This document shows, piece after piece, positions 9,537 to 19,262 of a stretch of DNA of 38,101 nt. How positions within the stretch are numbered: the stretch's first letter is position 1; each line of letters opens with the position of its first letter. A model generated the notes under the pieces. It was not told the origin of the DNA. It saw only the letters and a program-made list of their open reading frames with translations, and searched no databases. The DNA lies in the IMG/VR virus record IMGVR_UViG_3300028326_000010, positions 1 through 38,101 of that record; one strand, given 5' to 3'. Source of the DNA: a virus. Taxonomy: Duplodnaviria > Caudoviricetes. Both the position numbers and the translations under genes were made by a program.

Positions 9537-9673
9537 GCGCCATCGAAGACCAAATGAAACGAGTCAACCGGCTCATTCGTATCCTGGCCTGGATCGTTGC
9601 CGTGGGCGCGCTGTTCGATCTTTGGGAGTTCTATCGTCTGTTCGAGCTGCTCCGTTCCTGGGGGCGCGTATGA
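9533..9673 (+). CDS. 46-aa single-TM protein
   Basis: ATGA overlaps at both ends; LIRILAWIVAVGALF. Confidence 0.6.
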   Translation: MSAIEDQMKRVNRLIRILAWIVAVGALFDLWEFYRLFELLRSWGRV

Positions 9674-10017
9674 CCCTGCGTGACGACTTTGCCGCCGACA
9701 TCCTGGATGGGTTCGAGGACCTGGCCCAGACCTGCATCTACCAGCCGGCCGACGGCCCGGCGGTGTCCACCCTCGCCCTGATCGAGGACCGGCGGCTGGC
9801 CACCGGCTCCCGGGCCCGGGGCGAATACGTCACCGTGCGCGTGCCCATGCGCGATGTGGAGACGCCGCAAATCGACGACACGTTCCTGATCGCGGGCGAG
9901 ACCTGGCAGTATCGTCAAAACCAGGACAGCAATGAGGAAAGAAAGGACGCTTGGCCGTTTTGGTTGCTGTATTGCCGCAAGGTCGGTTCCGTGTCCTTGA
10001 CCGGAGGGCATTCGTGA
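9670..10017 (+). CDS. Head-tail adaptor/closure protein (gpFII-like)
   Basis: Size, position, P...DTFLIAGETW motif. Confidence 0.65.
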   Translation: MTLRDDFAADILDGFEDLAQTCIYQPADGPAVSTLALIEDRRLATGSRARGEYVTVRVPMRDVETPQIDDTFLIAGETWQYRQNQDSNEERKDAWPFWLLYCRKVGSVSLTGGHS

Positions 10018-10706
10018 GCGCCGCCCCAGCCGTTTCCGCCTCCGGAACTTCTTCTTTCGGTTTTGCGATGTCCTTGGATGAATCTCCTGATTTGCGTTCC
10101 TTGTTGTCCTCATCCGATCCCGTCGTGCGCCGCGCGGTCCTGCGTGCCCTTAAGTCCACCGGCTGGATGGTACAACAGAACTGGCGGCAATATTTCCGCA
10201 ACCCACCCTGGCCGGAGGTCAATAAGCTCACCAAGATGCTCGATACCCGCGCCGGGCTCAAATTTTTGCGCCAGTTCGTGCGTTATAAGGCTCTTTCCGA
10301 TCAGATGGCCGTAGCCATTGGGTTCGGCAAGGGCAGAAGCGTCAAAAAGAAAGGGGGATCTTATACTGGTTTGGGAAGCTATGGCCTGTCCTCGGTCGGT
10401 ATGCTTGATGCCGACCCCTACATTATGAAGATCGCCGAGAAGGCTGAATCTGGTTGGTCCGGCAGGGTCACGGATCGGATGCGTGGATTTGTGGCCGCCT
10501 CGACCAAGGCCAAATCAAAGGCCAAAAAACCGAAAGTCGGCCGCAATTATGTAGCTTTACGGCGTGACAAGTCTTCCATTACCGTGCCGCGCCGTTCCGT
10601 GTCCGGAGATTACTTTTCTCGTATTATGCCCAAGATCCCGGCCTATTTCGCCGTAAAATTATACTCCAACTTGTCAAAACTCATGAACATGGCGGAAGCC
10701 GCATGA
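10014..10706 (+). CDS. Basic neck/tail-completion protein (gpZ-like position)
   Basis: Lys/Arg-rich ORF between adaptor and terminator; start is GTG 10014 or ATG 10068. Confidence 0.6.
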   Translation: MSAAPAVSASGTSSFGFAMSLDESPDLRSLLSSSDPVVRRAVLRALKSTGWMVQQNWRQYFRNPPWPEVNKLTKMLDTRAGLKFLRQFVRYKALSDQMAVAIGFGKGRSVKKKGGSYTGLGSYGLSSVGMLDADPYIMKIAEKAESGWSGRVTDRMRGFVAASTKAKSKAKKPKVGRNYVALRRDKSSITVPRRSVSGDYFSRIMPKIPAYFAVKLYSNLSKLMNMAEAA

Positions 10707-11107
10707 ATCAAAGCGAGACTACTGCTGAGCTGTTTCGGCGTTTGGAAACGGACGAAGCGATCAAGACCTTCTGCTTGCGGGAATTCGGCCGCCGGCTTTC
10801 GGTGCTGCGGCGTTTCGACAACCATAAGCCGCCTGGAGAGACGGACTGCCCCTGGGCGCATCTGGAACACCTCTTCCGCTCGCGTTCCAATGTCCGCCGC
10901 ATTGTGACCAGGACCTATCTTTTGTCCTGCGGCGTCCATTCCGAGGATGTCTGTGCCGGCGAGAGTTTGGCCGCCGATCTGCGTGAGTTGATCGAGACGG
11001 CTATCCAGCAGCCTGGACTTGGTAAGGTGGTTTGGGCTGAGGAAGTCTTAGCCTCAAGCGAGGAAGCAATGTTTGATAACATCTGTTCTTTCACTATTGA
11101 AAACTAG
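10703..11107 (+). CDS. Probable tail terminator (gpU-like position)
   Basis: 134 aa directly before the tail tube gene; ATGA overlap. Confidence 0.55.
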   Translation: MNQSETTAELFRRLETDEAIKTFCLREFGRRLSVLRRFDNHKPPGETDCPWAHLEHLFRSRSNVRRIVTRTYLLSCGVHSEDVCAGESLAADLRELIETAIQQPGLGKVVWAEEVLASSEEAMFDNICSFTIEN

Positions 11108-11116
11108 GAGTCCGCC

Positions 11117-11866
11117 ATGGCCGACAATGCGATGTATTTTTCTGGTGATCTGTACCTGAACAGAAAGAATAGCGCCGGAGTAAGCGAAGGCCTCCGCAAG
11201 CTTGGAAACGCCAGCCAGTTCCAGGTCACGGTCACGTCTACGACCAAGGAATTGAAGTCGAAAATGCGTGCAACATACAACCAGAACTTGGCCGTTGTGA
11301 CCACCATCGACGCGTGCAAAGTGGCAATGACGCTTAACCAGTCAAACGAAGACAACAGCGCCTTGGCCAACATGGGCGATAAATCCGCAGTAACCCAAAG
11401 CGCTGCATCGAGTAAAACGAAGGATTTCGACTTGTCCGCAGTCGATTCCGGTATCTACTATGAGCTTGGGGACCGGATCGTTTCGGTCTCCGGTGTGGCT
11501 ATCAGCGGAACGCCCATGGAAGAGGGGACGTATGAACTGGATGAAGACGGTGGCTTGATCGCCTTCACCGATACGGCCCCTTCGTCCGGCACGGCCACGG
11601 TTTCCTATTCCGTGAATGCTGCAGCCGGCCACAAGATCACCGGCGCCACCAACCCGTCGATTTCCGGCCAGTTGCTGTTCCTGGGAATCAACTTGGTGAC
11701 ACGGGAAAAGGTGCGCATCGAAATCTATGATGCGGCGTTCACGGTCAAGTCCTCCCAGGATTATTTGAGCGAGAACTACAACGAGGTCCAATATGAGGGG
11801 TCGCTCAACACCCCGAGCGGTCAGAATTCCCCGTTTGAAATCATTACCCTTAAGCAGGCGGCCTAA
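11117..11866 (+). CDS. Major tail tube protein
   Basis: AGGAG RBS; YFSGDLYL..LGNA start; beta-rich; GQLLFLGIN; precedes chaperone and tape measure. Confidence 0.8.
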   Translation: MADNAMYFSGDLYLNRKNSAGVSEGLRKLGNASQFQVTVTSTTKELKSKMRATYNQNLAVVTTIDACKVAMTLNQSNEDNSALANMGDKSAVTQSAASSKTKDFDLSAVDSGIYYELGDRIVSVSGVAISGTPMEEGTYELDEDGGLIAFTDTAPSSGTATVSYSVNAAAGHKITGATNPSISGQLLFLGINLVTREKVRIEIYDAAFTVKSSQDYLSENYNEVQYEGSLNTPSGQNSPFEIITLKQAA

Positions 11867-11869
11867 CCC

Positions 11870-12256
11870 ATGCGCAAGACCAAAGTAATCCGCATTGGTG
11901 GCGAGGGCCCGGAAGGGCAGGACGTGACCGTCCTCGAAATCCAGGTTCGGGGCTGGAAGTCCTGCCGAGACCTGATCGCCATGGCCGGCTCCGACGCGTC
12001 CGACGCACTGCTGCTGGCCATCGTCCTGGACCAGGAAAACGAGCAAGTCCAAAAGCTCCTGCCGCTCATGACCGACCTCGGGGACAAGATTCTGGACCTC
12101 GGTTCTGACGATTTCCTCGACGTGGCCGAAGCCTGGATCGAGGTCAACCAGGGTTTTTTCGACCGGCTGAAGGCCGTGACGCGGAAAGCGGCCAAGGAGC
12201 GCAGCGAAAAGCCCGAACCCAAACCCGAGGCCAAGCCGGAGACCCAGGCGGCCTGA
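11870..12256 (+). CDS. Tail assembly chaperone (gpG-like)
   Basis: Lies between tube and tape measure; EVNQGFF motif carries the slippery site. Confidence 0.8.
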   Translation: MRKTKVIRIGGEGPEGQDVTVLEIQVRGWKSCRDLIAMAGSDASDALLLAIVLDQENEQVQKLLPLMTDLGDKILDLGSDDFLDVAEAWIEVNQGFFDRLKAVTRKAAKERSEKPEPKPEAKPETQAA

Positions 12257-12498
12257 CGGACGGCTTCACCCGGGCCGTGGATCGCTTGATCGCGCGCGGC
12301 CATGGCCCGGGTGTCTATGATTACGGGTTGAGCTGGTTTTTCGAATGCCTGCGGGCCGCAAACGAAGCGGACGCGACCCAGGCCAAGGCGGAACGGATTC
12401 GCCGGGCCGTGCGCATGGTGGACATGCGTCTGGCCGTAAACGGCACCCAGGAAGCCTTCCGCGACCGGATAGATGATTTGCTCAGGGAGAGTTTATGA
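12151..12498 (+). CDS. -1 frameshift extension of the chaperone (gpT-like part of gpGT)
   Basis: G GGT TTT heptamer at 12151-12157 is in the correct phase; the -1 frame is open from 12151 to TGA 12498, which overlaps the tape measure ATG. Confidence 0.8.
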   Translation, partial: GFFRPAEGRDAESGQGAQRKARTQTRGQAGDPGGLTDGFTRAVDRLIARGHGPGVYDYGLSWFFECLRAANEADATQAKAERIRRAVRMVDMRLAVNGTQEAFRDRIDDLLRESL

Positions 12499-15400
12499 AC
12501 GCCCTCGACATCCTCATTTCCGCCAAGGACAACGCCAGCCAGGTCCTGGATTCGATCCGGTCCAAGGTTGATTCCCTTGGCGAACAGGGCTCGAAGGCGT
12601 TTACTTCCATCGATTCCGCCGCAGCGGCTGTTCGTTCTCGCATCGCCAGTCTTTATACCGCCGTCGGTGCGTTGGTGGCGGCCTTTGCGACGTCCATGCT
12701 CGTCAAGGTCCCGGCCCTGTTCGAATCCATCACGGCCCAGCTCAAAACGCTCACGCGATCCAGCAGCGGCGCCCAGGATGCTATGAACTGGGTCACGGAC
12801 TTTGCCAAAAACACACCGTATGAGTTGGACAAGGTCTCCCAGGCCTATTCCAAGCTCGCATCCTATGGGTTCGATCCGAAGACGATCCTGGAGCCCATTG
12901 GCAATGCCGCCTCGGGCATGCAAAAAGAGTTGGACCAGGCCGTGGAAGCCTACGCCGATGCCACGCGCGGCGAATTCGAGCGGCTCAAGGAATTCGGCGT
13001 CAACGCGGCAACCGTTGGCAATCAGGTGACGTTTACCTGGATGCAAAACGGCCAGCAAATGGAAAAGACGGTCACCAAGAACGCCGACAGCATCAGCAAG
13101 GCCCTGACAGGCATCTGGAACGACATGTTCAAGGGTGCCATGGGCGAGCAGATGAGCACGTTCACCGGCCGCGTCTCCAACATGTTCGACGCCCTGACCC
13201 GGGGCATCCAGAAATTCATGGGTGCCGGCCTGTTCGAGAGCATCAAACAAAAGATTTCCGAGGTCACGGACGCCGTCGAACAGGTCAGCAAATCCGGCCA
13301 GCTCGAAGAATGGGGCAAGAAAGCCGCTGCCGGTCTCGATTATATCTGGGGAGCCGCCAAACGTCTGGTCGAGATGGTGACGCAGTTCGTCACGGATTAC
13401 GGCGGCCTCATCAAGATCGTGGCCACCGTGGCCGCGTTCAACCTGGCCGTAGGCGCGTTCGGTTCGCTGCTCAGTGCTGTCACCAAGGTATCCCAGGTTC
13501 TCAATATTTTCAAAACGGCGAGTGCGGCGGCCCAAGTCGGTACGATTGCTGTCACGAAAGCCATCCTGGCGGGCGCGGCCGGCTGGGTTGGTCTGGCCCT
13601 GGCCATTCCGGACGCGGTCGAGGGCTACAAGAATGCGGCCCTGGCCCTCAACGAGTGGTTGAATCCGCTGTCCAAGACCAACCAGGCCAACAAGATGGCC
13701 GCCCAGCTCCAGACTCAGGCCAACGAGACCAACCAGAAAGCCGTGACGATCCTTAATCAGGTGGCCAAGCAATACGGTCTGTCCGTGGCCAGTATGGAGG
13801 ATTGGAAGGCCGTCCTGCCGGAGATCACGCGGCAGATGCGGGAAAACGGCCAAGTCGTCGGTCTGACCGCCGAGGAATACAAGGCGCTCCAGGAGACCTT
13901 GAAAAAGGCCCAGACCGCCGGCACCGCCTATCTCAGCCAGGTTTCGGACCGCTACGATTACGAAATCAAGGCGGCCGAAAAACTGGCGGAGACCGAAGGT
14001 GCGGCCGCTGCCAACGGGCTGGCCGCCCAACGTGACAAGTACAAGGGTGTGTTGCAGGTGGCCCAGTCCGTCGCCGCCACCCTCAACGACCTTATCGACA
14101 AGTCGGCCGCCAATGAAAGCCAGAAGGCCAATTTGCGCAAGCAGGTGGAAAAGGACCTGCAAGCCGCCAAGAAACAGGCCCTGGAAGACTGGTTGTCCGC
14201 GCTCAAGTCCGGCCTGGACCAGGCCTTGGAGCAGGAAAAACGCTACGCCCAGGAAGTGCGTGACGCCAAGGAAACCACCTCCAAAACGATCCGCGAGATC
14301 AACCGGCAGGGCATGGATTCGGCCGCGTCCTATGGCGACATCCTGGCCGAGGCGCGGGAAAAGCTGGCCAAGGCCAAGGCGGAAGAGGCCAAGGGCACGG
14401 CCGAGGGCTATGACAATGCGGTCAAGCTGGCCAAGGAAGTCGAGTCCATGGCCTCTTCGTCGGTCAGCGCCGGCAAGGAAGTGGTCGGTATCGGCGAGGC
14501 GGTGAAAAACGCCCGTGATCTGGCCAGCGAGGCCGGCGACATTTGGAAATCGGCCGCCGAGAACGGCAAGCAGGCCTGGGCCGATTCGGCCGCCGCGTTT
14601 TTGCAGCAGATTAAGGAAGCAAAGGTCGAGCTAGAAGACCTCAAGAATAACCCGATCACGGCCAAGCTCGATGTCGACACCAGCAAGGTGGACACGGCCC
14701 TAGATAGGTTGGCCTCCACCGTAACGACATCCGAGCACACGGTCTCTCCCGAGACAACCATTGTCGACGCCAAGATCACCGAGCTGAAAAAGGACACGCA
14801 TTCGACCCACACGATTTATGTTCAGGAGGTCCAGCAAAAGGCCTTTGGCGGCCCGGTGCGTAATGTCCCGGCCATGGTCATGCCGGGCGAGGTGGTCATC
14901 CCGCCCGAATATGCGTCCCGGATGCCCGGGCTGCTCCATGCCGTCAACACCATGCGCCTGCCCGTCCCCAAGCTGGCCGATGGTGGCGTGTTCCGGCCGT
15001 TCCGTTCCGGCCTTGTGCCCGGGGTCGGGGACGAGGACAGCGAGCCGGTCCTGTTGCCCGAGGGCGCGTTCGTGGTCCGCAAGGCAGCCGTCAACCTGTA
15101 CGGCGCGGACTGGTTGCAGTCCCTGGCTGCTGACGGATCGGTGCCGCATTTCGCAGCCGGCGGCCGGGTCTCGCTGGGCAATCTGGCCGCGCTCCAGGGC
15201 GGCATCCGGCTCCCGGATTGGTTGGAGCAACTGCGCCTGGCCCGGCCGGCTGCGCCGGCTGCGGCCGAGGCGACGGCCCCGGAAGCGCCGGTCGCGCCGG
15301 CCTCTCCCGCGCCCCTGGCCATTGCCGTGGCCCGGCCGGATGCGTTTCGGGCCATGACCACGCCGCTTGCCGGCAAGCGTGACATGACCGCGCGCGGCAC

Positions 15401-16787
15401 ATCCGCCCTGGGCCGCCTCAACGGCTTGCGCCATGCCGCCAGCCTCAAATTCGCCACGGGCGGCAGTCTCGACGAGACCCTGGCCGACATCGCCCTGGAG
15501 CGGCAGCGCACCCAGGAGGACTACGACGAGGCCGTGGCCGAAGCCCAGACCAATCACGACGACGATCTGGCCGATCTGCTCAAGCAAGAGCAAGAGGACC
15601 TGGACAGCATCGCCGAGGAGTTGGCGAGTACGCTCAAGGAATTGCAAGAGACCTTGCAGGATGCGCAAAAGCAGTATCAGGAAGATTTGGCGGACGCGCA
15701 AGATCAATATAATGATGCGGCTGCTGCCTATAAAGAATTCTTATATAACCCGACTATTACATATTCATCAAAAAACAATGTTGGCAATAGTGTTTTGATG
15801 AGTACAGAGGATGTTGATAAAGACAATGGAACTTACTATTCCCCTGCAACATATTCGCAGTATGCTTCCGGTGGTTTTGTAACGCGATACAAAAAGCAAT
15901 ATCTTAGTTCTTTTTCCTACGGTATTCCAACACGATGGAAATGGGCGCCCTATAAAGACTATTCGTCATCTTCCATCTCTGAAGATCGATCCTTGCGTGC
16001 AGCCATAGAAGACGCCAAGGCACAAATCGCAGAAGTCAAGGCGACCTGGGCCACGGCGCAATCCGACTACAGCACAGGCGTCACCGACGCCAAACAGACG
16101 GCGGTCGAGGATACCGCCAGCACCAAGACCCAGGCGACCGAGGACACCGACGACCTCAACACGGACCTCGAAAAGACCCTGGCCGATCTGCAAAAGGACT
16201 TCGACCGGTCCATGGAAGACCTGGACATCCAGGAAGCTCGGGCCCGGGCCAATGCCGAGGACGAAGGCACGTACTCCATTTCCGGTTTCACGAGCTGGCT
16301 GCGCGACGGCGGCCCGGTCAAGGCGTTGCTCAAGCATTTCGCCCTGGGCGGCCCGGTCAAAGCCGGTTTGGCGCGACTATTCCCGGGCCTGCCCCGGTTC
16401 GAGGACGGCGGCGTGGCACCCATGCTGCCCGGCGCGGTGCCGGGCCAGGACTCGATTCTGGCCGCGCTCACCCCGGGGGAGGGCATCATCAATCTGCCGG
16501 CCATGCGCCGGCTCATTTCCGAACGCGCCTTGCAGGCCCTCAACGCCATGGACCTGCCCGGATTCCTGGACGCATTGCCGCACTACGCCGACGGCGGCAT
16601 TGCCGGCCTCACCGAGTCGGCCAGGACCGCCGCCGCCATGGGCCCGTCCTCGGCGTCCTCCGGCGAGTCCTATTCCGCGACCCTCAATCTCCAAATCGGC
16701 GGCAAATCCTACGAAACCCGCGCTGCCCGCTCCACGGCTCGCGAGCTGGCCAAGGAACTGCGGCGCCAGGGAGTCAACGTCCGATGA
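12495..16787 (+). CDS. Tail tape measure protein
   Basis: 1430 aa; FAKNTPYEL and GEFERLKEFG tape-measure motifs; Ala-rich helical; C-terminal FAxGG modules. Confidence 0.93.
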   Translation: MNALDILISAKDNASQVLDSIRSKVDSLGEQGSKAFTSIDSAAAAVRSRIASLYTAVGALVAAFATSMLVKVPALFESITAQLKTLTRSSSGAQDAMNWVTDFAKNTPYELDKVSQAYSKLASYGFDPKTILEPIGNAASGMQKELDQAVEAYADATRGEFERLKEFGVNAATVGNQVTFTWMQNGQQMEKTVTKNADSISKALTGIWNDMFKGAMGEQMSTFTGRVSNMFDALTRGIQKFMGAGLFESIKQKISEVTDAVEQVSKSGQLEEWGKKAAAGLDYIWGAAKRLVEMVTQFVTDYGGLIKIVATVAAFNLAVGAFGSLLSAVTKVSQVLNIFKTASAAAQVGTIAVTKAILAGAAGWVGLALAIPDAVEGYKNAALALNEWLNPLSKTNQANKMAAQLQTQANETNQKAVTILNQVAKQYGLSVASMEDWKAVLPEITRQMRENGQVVGLTAEEYKALQETLKKAQTAGTAYLSQVSDRYDYEIKAAEKLAETEGAAAANGLAAQRDKYKGVLQVAQSVAATLNDLIDKSAANESQKANLRKQVEKDLQAAKKQALEDWLSALKSGLDQALEQEKRYAQEVRDAKETTSKTIREINRQGMDSAASYGDILAEAREKLAKAKAEEAKGTAEGYDNAVKLAKEVESMASSSVSAGKEVVGIGEAVKNARDLASEAGDIWKSAAENGKQAWADSAAAFLQQIKEAKVELEDLKNNPITAKLDVDTSKVDTALDRLASTVTTSEHTVSPETTIVDAKITELKKDTHSTHTIYVQEVQQKAFGGPVRNVPAMVMPGEVVIPPEYASRMPGLLHAVNTMRLPVPKLADGGVFRPFRSGLVPGVGDEDSEPVLLPEGAFVVRKAAVNLYGADWLQSLAADGSVPHFAAGGRVSLGNLAALQGGIRLPDWLEQLRLARPAAPAAAEATAPEAPVAPASPAPLAIAVARPDAFRAMTTPLAGKRDMTARGTSALGRLNGLRHAASLKFATGGSLDETLADIALERQRTQEDYDEAVAEAQTNHDDDLADLLKQEQEDLDSIAEELASTLKELQETLQDAQKQYQEDLADAQDQYNDAAAAYKEFLYNPTITYSSKNNVGNSVLMSTEDVDKDNGTYYSPATYSQYASGGFVTRYKKQYLSSFSYGIPTRWKWAPYKDYSSSSISEDRSLRAAIEDAKAQIAEVKATWATAQSDYSTGVTDAKQTAVEDTASTKTQATEDTDDLNTDLEKTLADLQKDFDRSMEDLDIQEARARANAEDEGTYSISGFTSWLRDGGPVKALLKHFALGGPVKAGLARLFPGLPRFEDGGVAPMLPGAVPGQDSILAALTPGEGIINLPAMRRLISERALQALNAMDLPGFLDALPHYADGGIAGLTESARTAAAMGPSSASSGESYSATLNLQIGGKSYETRAARSTARELAKELRRQGVNVR

Positions 16788-17167
16788 GTATCACCCTGGC
16801 CGGCCTGACCTTGCCCGACGACTGCGTATGGGCCAACGAATTCGATTTCGTTCCCATCGCGGCCTCGATCGGCCGCACCGCCTCGGGGCGCCGCATGGTG
16901 CGCGAGACCGCGCTGGTCGTCGGCCGTCCCATCGATCTTGGCGGCGAATCCGCCTGGATCAGTCGGGCCGATCTGCAATCGCTCCACGCCCTGGCCGAGA
17001 CGGTCGGCTGGTCCGGCACGCTCACGCTCCATGACGGCCGGGTCTTCGACGTGCGTTTCCGCACCCAGGACGAAAAGCCGGTCGAGGCGGTCCCTGTCAC
17101 GGACTACGCCGACCCGGACGACGCCACCCCCTACCAGTTGACCGCCGTGCGCCTGGAGACCGTATGA
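16784..17167 (+). CDS. Distal tail (Dit-like) protein
   Basis: First gene after the tape measure; LPDDCVWANEF, GRPIDL, LTLHDGRVFDVRF. Confidence 0.65.
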   Translation: MSITLAGLTLPDDCVWANEFDFVPIAASIGRTASGRRMVRETALVVGRPIDLGGESAWISRADLQSLHALAETVGWSGTLTLHDGRVFDVRFRTQDEKPVEAVPVTDYADPDDATPYQLTAVRLETV

Positions 17168-18042
17168 GCACCACGGCCAGCCTGACCCTGTCCTGCGGCG
17201 CGGACAGCTCGTGTCCGGATACGCTTCTGGAAATCCCGGAAGCGGCCGTTGACCCGGGCGAGCGCATCATCATCCGGCTGTGGGGCCCGACCGCATCCAG
17301 CGTGCTCGGGTTCCGGCTGGTGGCCGGCACGCAAAATCTCGGCACCGGCTCGCCCAACACCTACAGCGGCCAGACCCATTGCAAGTATTTCGAGTGGGCC
17401 GGGGGCAACAAGGCCCAGCAATTCGACTGGCCCGTGACCGGCATCACGCGCATCCTGGCCTATTCGCCGCTCTACACCGTCAACGCGGCGGGCAACGTCG
17501 TGGTCCTGGCCACGGCCGGCGAGGACATCACCGAAGCCGGGCTGTTCGTCCGGCGCGGCCACGCCTGCCTCGTGCCGACCGATCCGCAGCGGCTGCTGTA
17601 CGGCACCGTCCACGTCACGGCCGCCAGGGCGGCCTATTGCCGCGAATGGTCCTGGTCCGCGCCGACCGATCCGACCGGCGCGCAATGGTTCTGGCTCTAC
17701 CAGGCGGGCGAGCTGTCCCACAAATTTTCCCTCACCATGAGCGAGGAGCCGGACGACGCCTCGATTGCCCTGGTCGATTTCAAGATCACGGTCATTGCCC
17801 GCCGCACAGCCGGCGCCGTGGCCAACGCGTCGGTCTATCTGGATGGCGTGCTGGTCGGCACCACCGACCCGACCTACGGCTACGTCAAGGTGTTCCGCCA
17901 TCTGTCCGGCACATTCCCGATCCGGGTGGTCGCGGCCGGCTACACGCCCACGGACCAGGACGACTACAGCGACAACGACACCATCACCGTCGATCCGGAC
18001 GGCTCGTCGGTCCGGGTTAAGATCGGGAGCTATACGTCATGA
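17164..18042 (+). CDS. Tail-tip protein with C-terminal PEGA/Ig-like domain
   Basis: ASVYLDGVLVGTT...GTFPIRVVAAGY; N-terminal part paralogous to 18039. Confidence 0.65.
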   Translation: MSTTASLTLSCGADSSCPDTLLEIPEAAVDPGERIIIRLWGPTASSVLGFRLVAGTQNLGTGSPNTYSGQTHCKYFEWAGGNKAQQFDWPVTGITRILAYSPLYTVNAAGNVVVLATAGEDITEAGLFVRRGHACLVPTDPQRLLYGTVHVTAARAAYCREWSWSAPTDPTGAQWFWLYQAGELSHKFSLTMSEEPDDASIALVDFKITVIARRTAGAVANASVYLDGVLVGTTDPTYGYVKVFRHLSGTFPIRVVAAGYTPTDQDDYSDNDTITVDPDGSSVRVKIGSYTS

Positions 18043-19262
18043 GCACGTCCCAGACTCTGACCCTCAACTACAGCGCGGACGGCCTGTCCAAGCTGGAGGT
18101 CCCCAAGCAGACGGTCCAGCCCGGCGAGCCCGTGCGCATCTATCTCTGGGGCCGGTCAGCCGAGGATTTGATGGGCTACAAGCTCGGCCAGGGCGCGGAG
18201 AACCTGGGGCCTGGCACGCTGCGGCAATATCCCGGCCAGACCACCGAGGCCTATTTCGACCTGACCGGCGACGGCGTGGCCCAGGATTTCGACTGGCCGG
18301 TCCTGTCCCTGGCCAGTGTGACCGCTTACGGCAACCTGTACGCCGTGGACGGCAACGACGTGTCCCTGGTCGCGCTGCCCGGCGAGGACGTGACGCGCTA
18401 TTTCCGCCTGTCCGGCAATGCCCTGGTGCGCAACGTCGAGGCCGGCGCGCCGACCATCACCGGTTCGGTGCGTGCCGTGGCCAACCGCTCGCCCTGGTGC
18501 CGGGAGTGGCGGTGGACCGCGCCCGATCTGGGTATTTCGCAACGGACGCGACTGACCATCCGTAATGTCTTTTCATCCAAGGATGGTGCATTGATCCATA
18601 CGATCAAACCAATAGCCAGCACAAACACCCCGGCTCACATTTTCCCTTTTGTGAACTATAGCGAACCAAATCCATGGAACTATAAATACCTTTTGTCATA
18701 TGGGATAGAAAAATTAGACATTGGGTATTGCACATACGTTAATTTGAATGAACAAAGCTCGTCTGCTGGGTATGGTGCAGAGACAAGCTGTATTTTAAAT
18801 CTTAATAAATTTAATGGAGTGAAAATTGATATATTATTCAAAAGCCCTTGCGGGACGCTTCCAACAGGAACAAGAGAGGAAATAGAAATTTATTTTTCCG
18901 GGAGTACGTTCATTTATTGCAGTATGTATTATACGGATTATTCCCAAGTGCCTTTTGCAATTTGGATGGCGTTTGGTTCTTATTACCTTGATGCAAGGAG
19001 CCAATGGAATAATGGGGCCATGCCAAGCTATTTAAAAGATGGTTCATGGAATACGATATCGTATGTTATAAATAAGAATAATGCATCAATATTAGTAAAT
19101 GGTAATTATATAACAGGCATTGAGCATAATGGGGATTTTTTTAATTATGCAATAGACCTTGCGCAGATACGCTATCAAATAAAGAAAACAATTAGTGAAA
19201 TTACTAACCCATACGAAAAATCAAAAACTCGCCTTGCCTCCATCACGGTGACTGTCTCATGA
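18039..19262 (+). CDS. Tail-tip protein, paralog of 17164, with AT-rich C-terminal beta (lectin-like) domain
   Basis: Shared LTL, PGE...I.LWG, NLG.G, Y.GQT, FDWPV, CREW.W.AP motifs; C-terminal DGSWNTISYVINKNNASILVNG. Confidence 0.7.
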   Translation: MSTSQTLTLNYSADGLSKLEVPKQTVQPGEPVRIYLWGRSAEDLMGYKLGQGAENLGPGTLRQYPGQTTEAYFDLTGDGVAQDFDWPVLSLASVTAYGNLYAVDGNDVSLVALPGEDVTRYFRLSGNALVRNVEAGAPTITGSVRAVANRSPWCREWRWTAPDLGISQRTRLTIRNVFSSKDGALIHTIKPIASTNTPAHIFPFVNYSEPNPWNYKYLLSYGIEKLDIGYCTYVNLNEQSSSAGYGAETSCILNLNKFNGVKIDILFKSPCGTLPTGTREEIEIYFSGSTFIYCSMYYTDYSQVPFAIWMAFGSYYLDARSQWNNGAMPSYLKDGSWNTISYVINKNNASILVNGNYITGIEHNGDFFNYAIDLAQIRYQIKKTISEITNPYEKSKTRLASITVTVS

